Under the pieces are notes generated by a model, which did no database searches, was not told the DNA's origin, and saw only the letters and a program-made list of their open reading frames with translations. Below are positions 62,775 to 64,000 of a DNA stretch of 64,000 bases, one piece after another (position 1 is the stretch's first letter; each line of letters begins with the position of its first letter). A program made the position numbers and the translations under genes. Origin of the DNA: Candidatus Saccharimonas aalborgensis (GTDB lineage Bacteria > Patescibacteriota > Saccharimonadia > Saccharimonadales > Saccharimonadaceae); assembly GCA_049288955.1 (NCBI GenBank), contig JBAQIS010000021.1, forward strand, positions 22,364 to 86,363. The letters run 5' to 3'.

Positions 62775-64000
62775 ATGAAACTAGCAAGAGCAATTATTAT
62801 TGGAGGCATCGTAGCGTTGTTGTCGCTCGTTGCACTCGGACATCTTGAGGGTGATAATGCCCTAGCACTCAACCCAAGTGCGAGAGACTGTGACAACAAT
62901 TCAATTATCTATTGCGGTGCTATTACGCCCGGTGAGCTAGCCACGAAATATGCCCAAAATAAAACCGGCGATTTGCCCGCTCTGTACAGCCACTATGGGA
63001 TTAGTGGAGCAATGATCAACGCAAAGTCTCAAAAACAAGGCTATGTTACAAAAGCCGGCGATGTCTACTATAACGGCAAGGTTGTTGCAAAAAAAGCCAT
63101 CAGCGTGGGCCGGCAGTACAATACCGGTAGTTGGGCGGTCGGTATCGGCGGTCACACCTACTATGAGCGCTATACTGGCACACATTACGCTGCTGGAGTT
63201 GATGCGATCGCCGTTCATATTTGGTTCGATGCAAATGGCAAGTTTGTCGCCGCGATTATGTACTCATGTGGCAATGCGCTTATCGCAACGCCTGTCGAAG
63301 TACCGACCGTCGCCTGTGACACGCTCACTGTTGAAAAGATCAGCCGTACACAATACCGTTTGACTGGCAAAGCACACGCAACTGGGGGTGCTAGCATCAA
63401 CGCGATTCACTATTATGCATTTGACTCAGCTAGCAAGCCAGTGGTGGGAGTAGCAGGTCCCGATGGACAGTCGACAAGCACTGTGACAATGACCATCCCT
63501 AATCCCGGAACCTATAAGCTTCAAGCGACTGCTCTGACGAGTATGGGCAATACGTCGAGCGATGGGTGTACCAAATCTGTCGTTGTCGATCAAGAACCCT
63601 GCCCTATTCCGGGCAAAGAGAATTTGCCAAAGAACAGTCCGCAATGTGTTGAGGACAAGCCCGGTGTTTCGATCACAAAGATAGTCAACAATGCCGAGCA
63701 TCAAACGGTCCTTGTTGGTAGTATCTATGAGTATGAGATTTCAGTAAAAAATACCGGTAATGTGCCCCTCAAAGATGTTGTTGTGACCGATACGGCGCCG
63801 GCGGGGGTCGCCTTTATTTCAGCCAGTAGTGGTGAGATAAAGGGCGGCACGTGGCGCAACACGCTACCTACACTCGCTGTTGGCGAGTCACGCAGTTTCA
63901 CCATTGCGGCAAAGATCGCCGCGTACAAGGCTGGTGTCATCAAGAACATAGCTTGTGTTGAAACGCCGACTGTACCTGGCGGCAATCCGGATGATTGTGA
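62775..64000 (+). CDS. Secreted/surface protein with DUF11-type repeat domain, 5' partial (runs off the window)
   Basis: Not in the ORF track (no stop in the window). My translation starts MKLARAIIIGGIVALLSLVALG after the GAGGAGG RBS and later reads ITKIVNNAEHQTVLVGSIYEYEISVKNTGNVPLKDVVVTDTAPAGVAF. Confidence 0.7.
   Translation, partial: MKLARAIIIGGIVALLSLVALGHLEGDNALALNPSARDCDNNSIIYCGAITPGELATKYAQNKTGDLPALYSHYGISGAMINAKSQKQGYVTKAGDVYYNGKVVAKKAISVGRQYNTGSWAVGIGGHTYYERYTGTHYAAGVDAIAVHIWFDANGKFVAAIMYSCGNALIATPVEVPTVACDTLTVEKISRTQYRLTGKAHATGGASINAIHYYAFDSASKPVVGVAGPDGQSTSTVTMTIPNPGTYKLQATALTSMGNTSSDGCTKSVVVDQEPCPIPGKENLPKNSPQCVEDKPGVSITKIVNNAEHQTVLVGSIYEYEISVKNTGNVPLKDVVVTDTAPAGVAFISASSGEIKGGTWRNTLPTLAVGESRSFTIAAKIAAYKAGVIKNIACVETPTVPGGNPDDC

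Noticed and set aside
1-64000. I scanned for CRISPR arrays, IS elements/transposases, integrases, reverse transcriptases, restriction-modification genes and rRNA genes.
   Set aside because: I found none. The only direct repeats of spacer-like periodicity are the RCC1 coding repeats and the Thr/Pro low-complexity region. Mobile-element involvement is inferred only from composition, tRNA fragments and the structured repeat.

Overview
This is a gene-dense segment (roughly 90% coding, many 4-nt start/stop overlaps) of a bacterial chromosome at about 48-50% GC. Its gene content includes phosphoketolase plus acetate kinase, a dTTP-synthesis/salvage gene set, five type IV pilin-like genes, very few biosynthetic genes and an N-terminally extended ribosomal protein L1. 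That profile fits a reduced-genome, episymbiotic Patescibacteria/Saccharibacteria-like organism, but the assignment is inference only. I support about 75 CDS, 2 tRNAs (Gln-UUG, Pro-CGG), several terminators and four promoters. I found no rRNA, CRISPR array, IS element, integrase or reverse transcriptase.

Main observations:
- **Split ribosomal cluster.** The canonical secE-nusG-rplK-rplA-rplJ-rplL cluster is present in the right order on the minus strand. It is cut into four pieces by three accessory islands (32.8-41.4 kb, 42.5-52.9 kb, 53.4-57.9 kb).
- **Structured repeat.** A roughly 125-nt GC-rich repeat occurs three times (two copies at 32.9-33.3 kb, one at 52.1 kb). Its multi-stem fold is supported by compensatory substitutions between copies and by G-U pairs that exist only on the plus strand. 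I do not recognise it as a known RNA or mobile-element family.
- **High-GC ORF blocks.** Four sharply bounded blocks at 58-72% GC, each with AT-rich native-looking promoters, all lie inside the islands. One abuts a tRNA-Pro whose T-stem is mismatched, as expected for a chimeric att junction.
- **Cyclase-like module.** A class III nucleotidyl-cyclase-like gene is paired with a tail-anchored acidic protein gene, divergent from an ABC exporter. This resembles a Pycsar-like layout, but that reading is a hypothesis.
- **Other items.** These include duplicated HIT and cytidylyltransferase-like genes wrapped around dcd/tmk/thyA/folA, and a minor-pilin operon ending in a PilX-like::RCC1 beta-propeller fusion. 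There is also a tRNA-Gln locus littered with tRNA fragments, a SulP-STAS transporter fused to a nucleotidyltransferase domain, and a possible Ile/Val-rich leader peptide before a threonine dehydratase-like gene.
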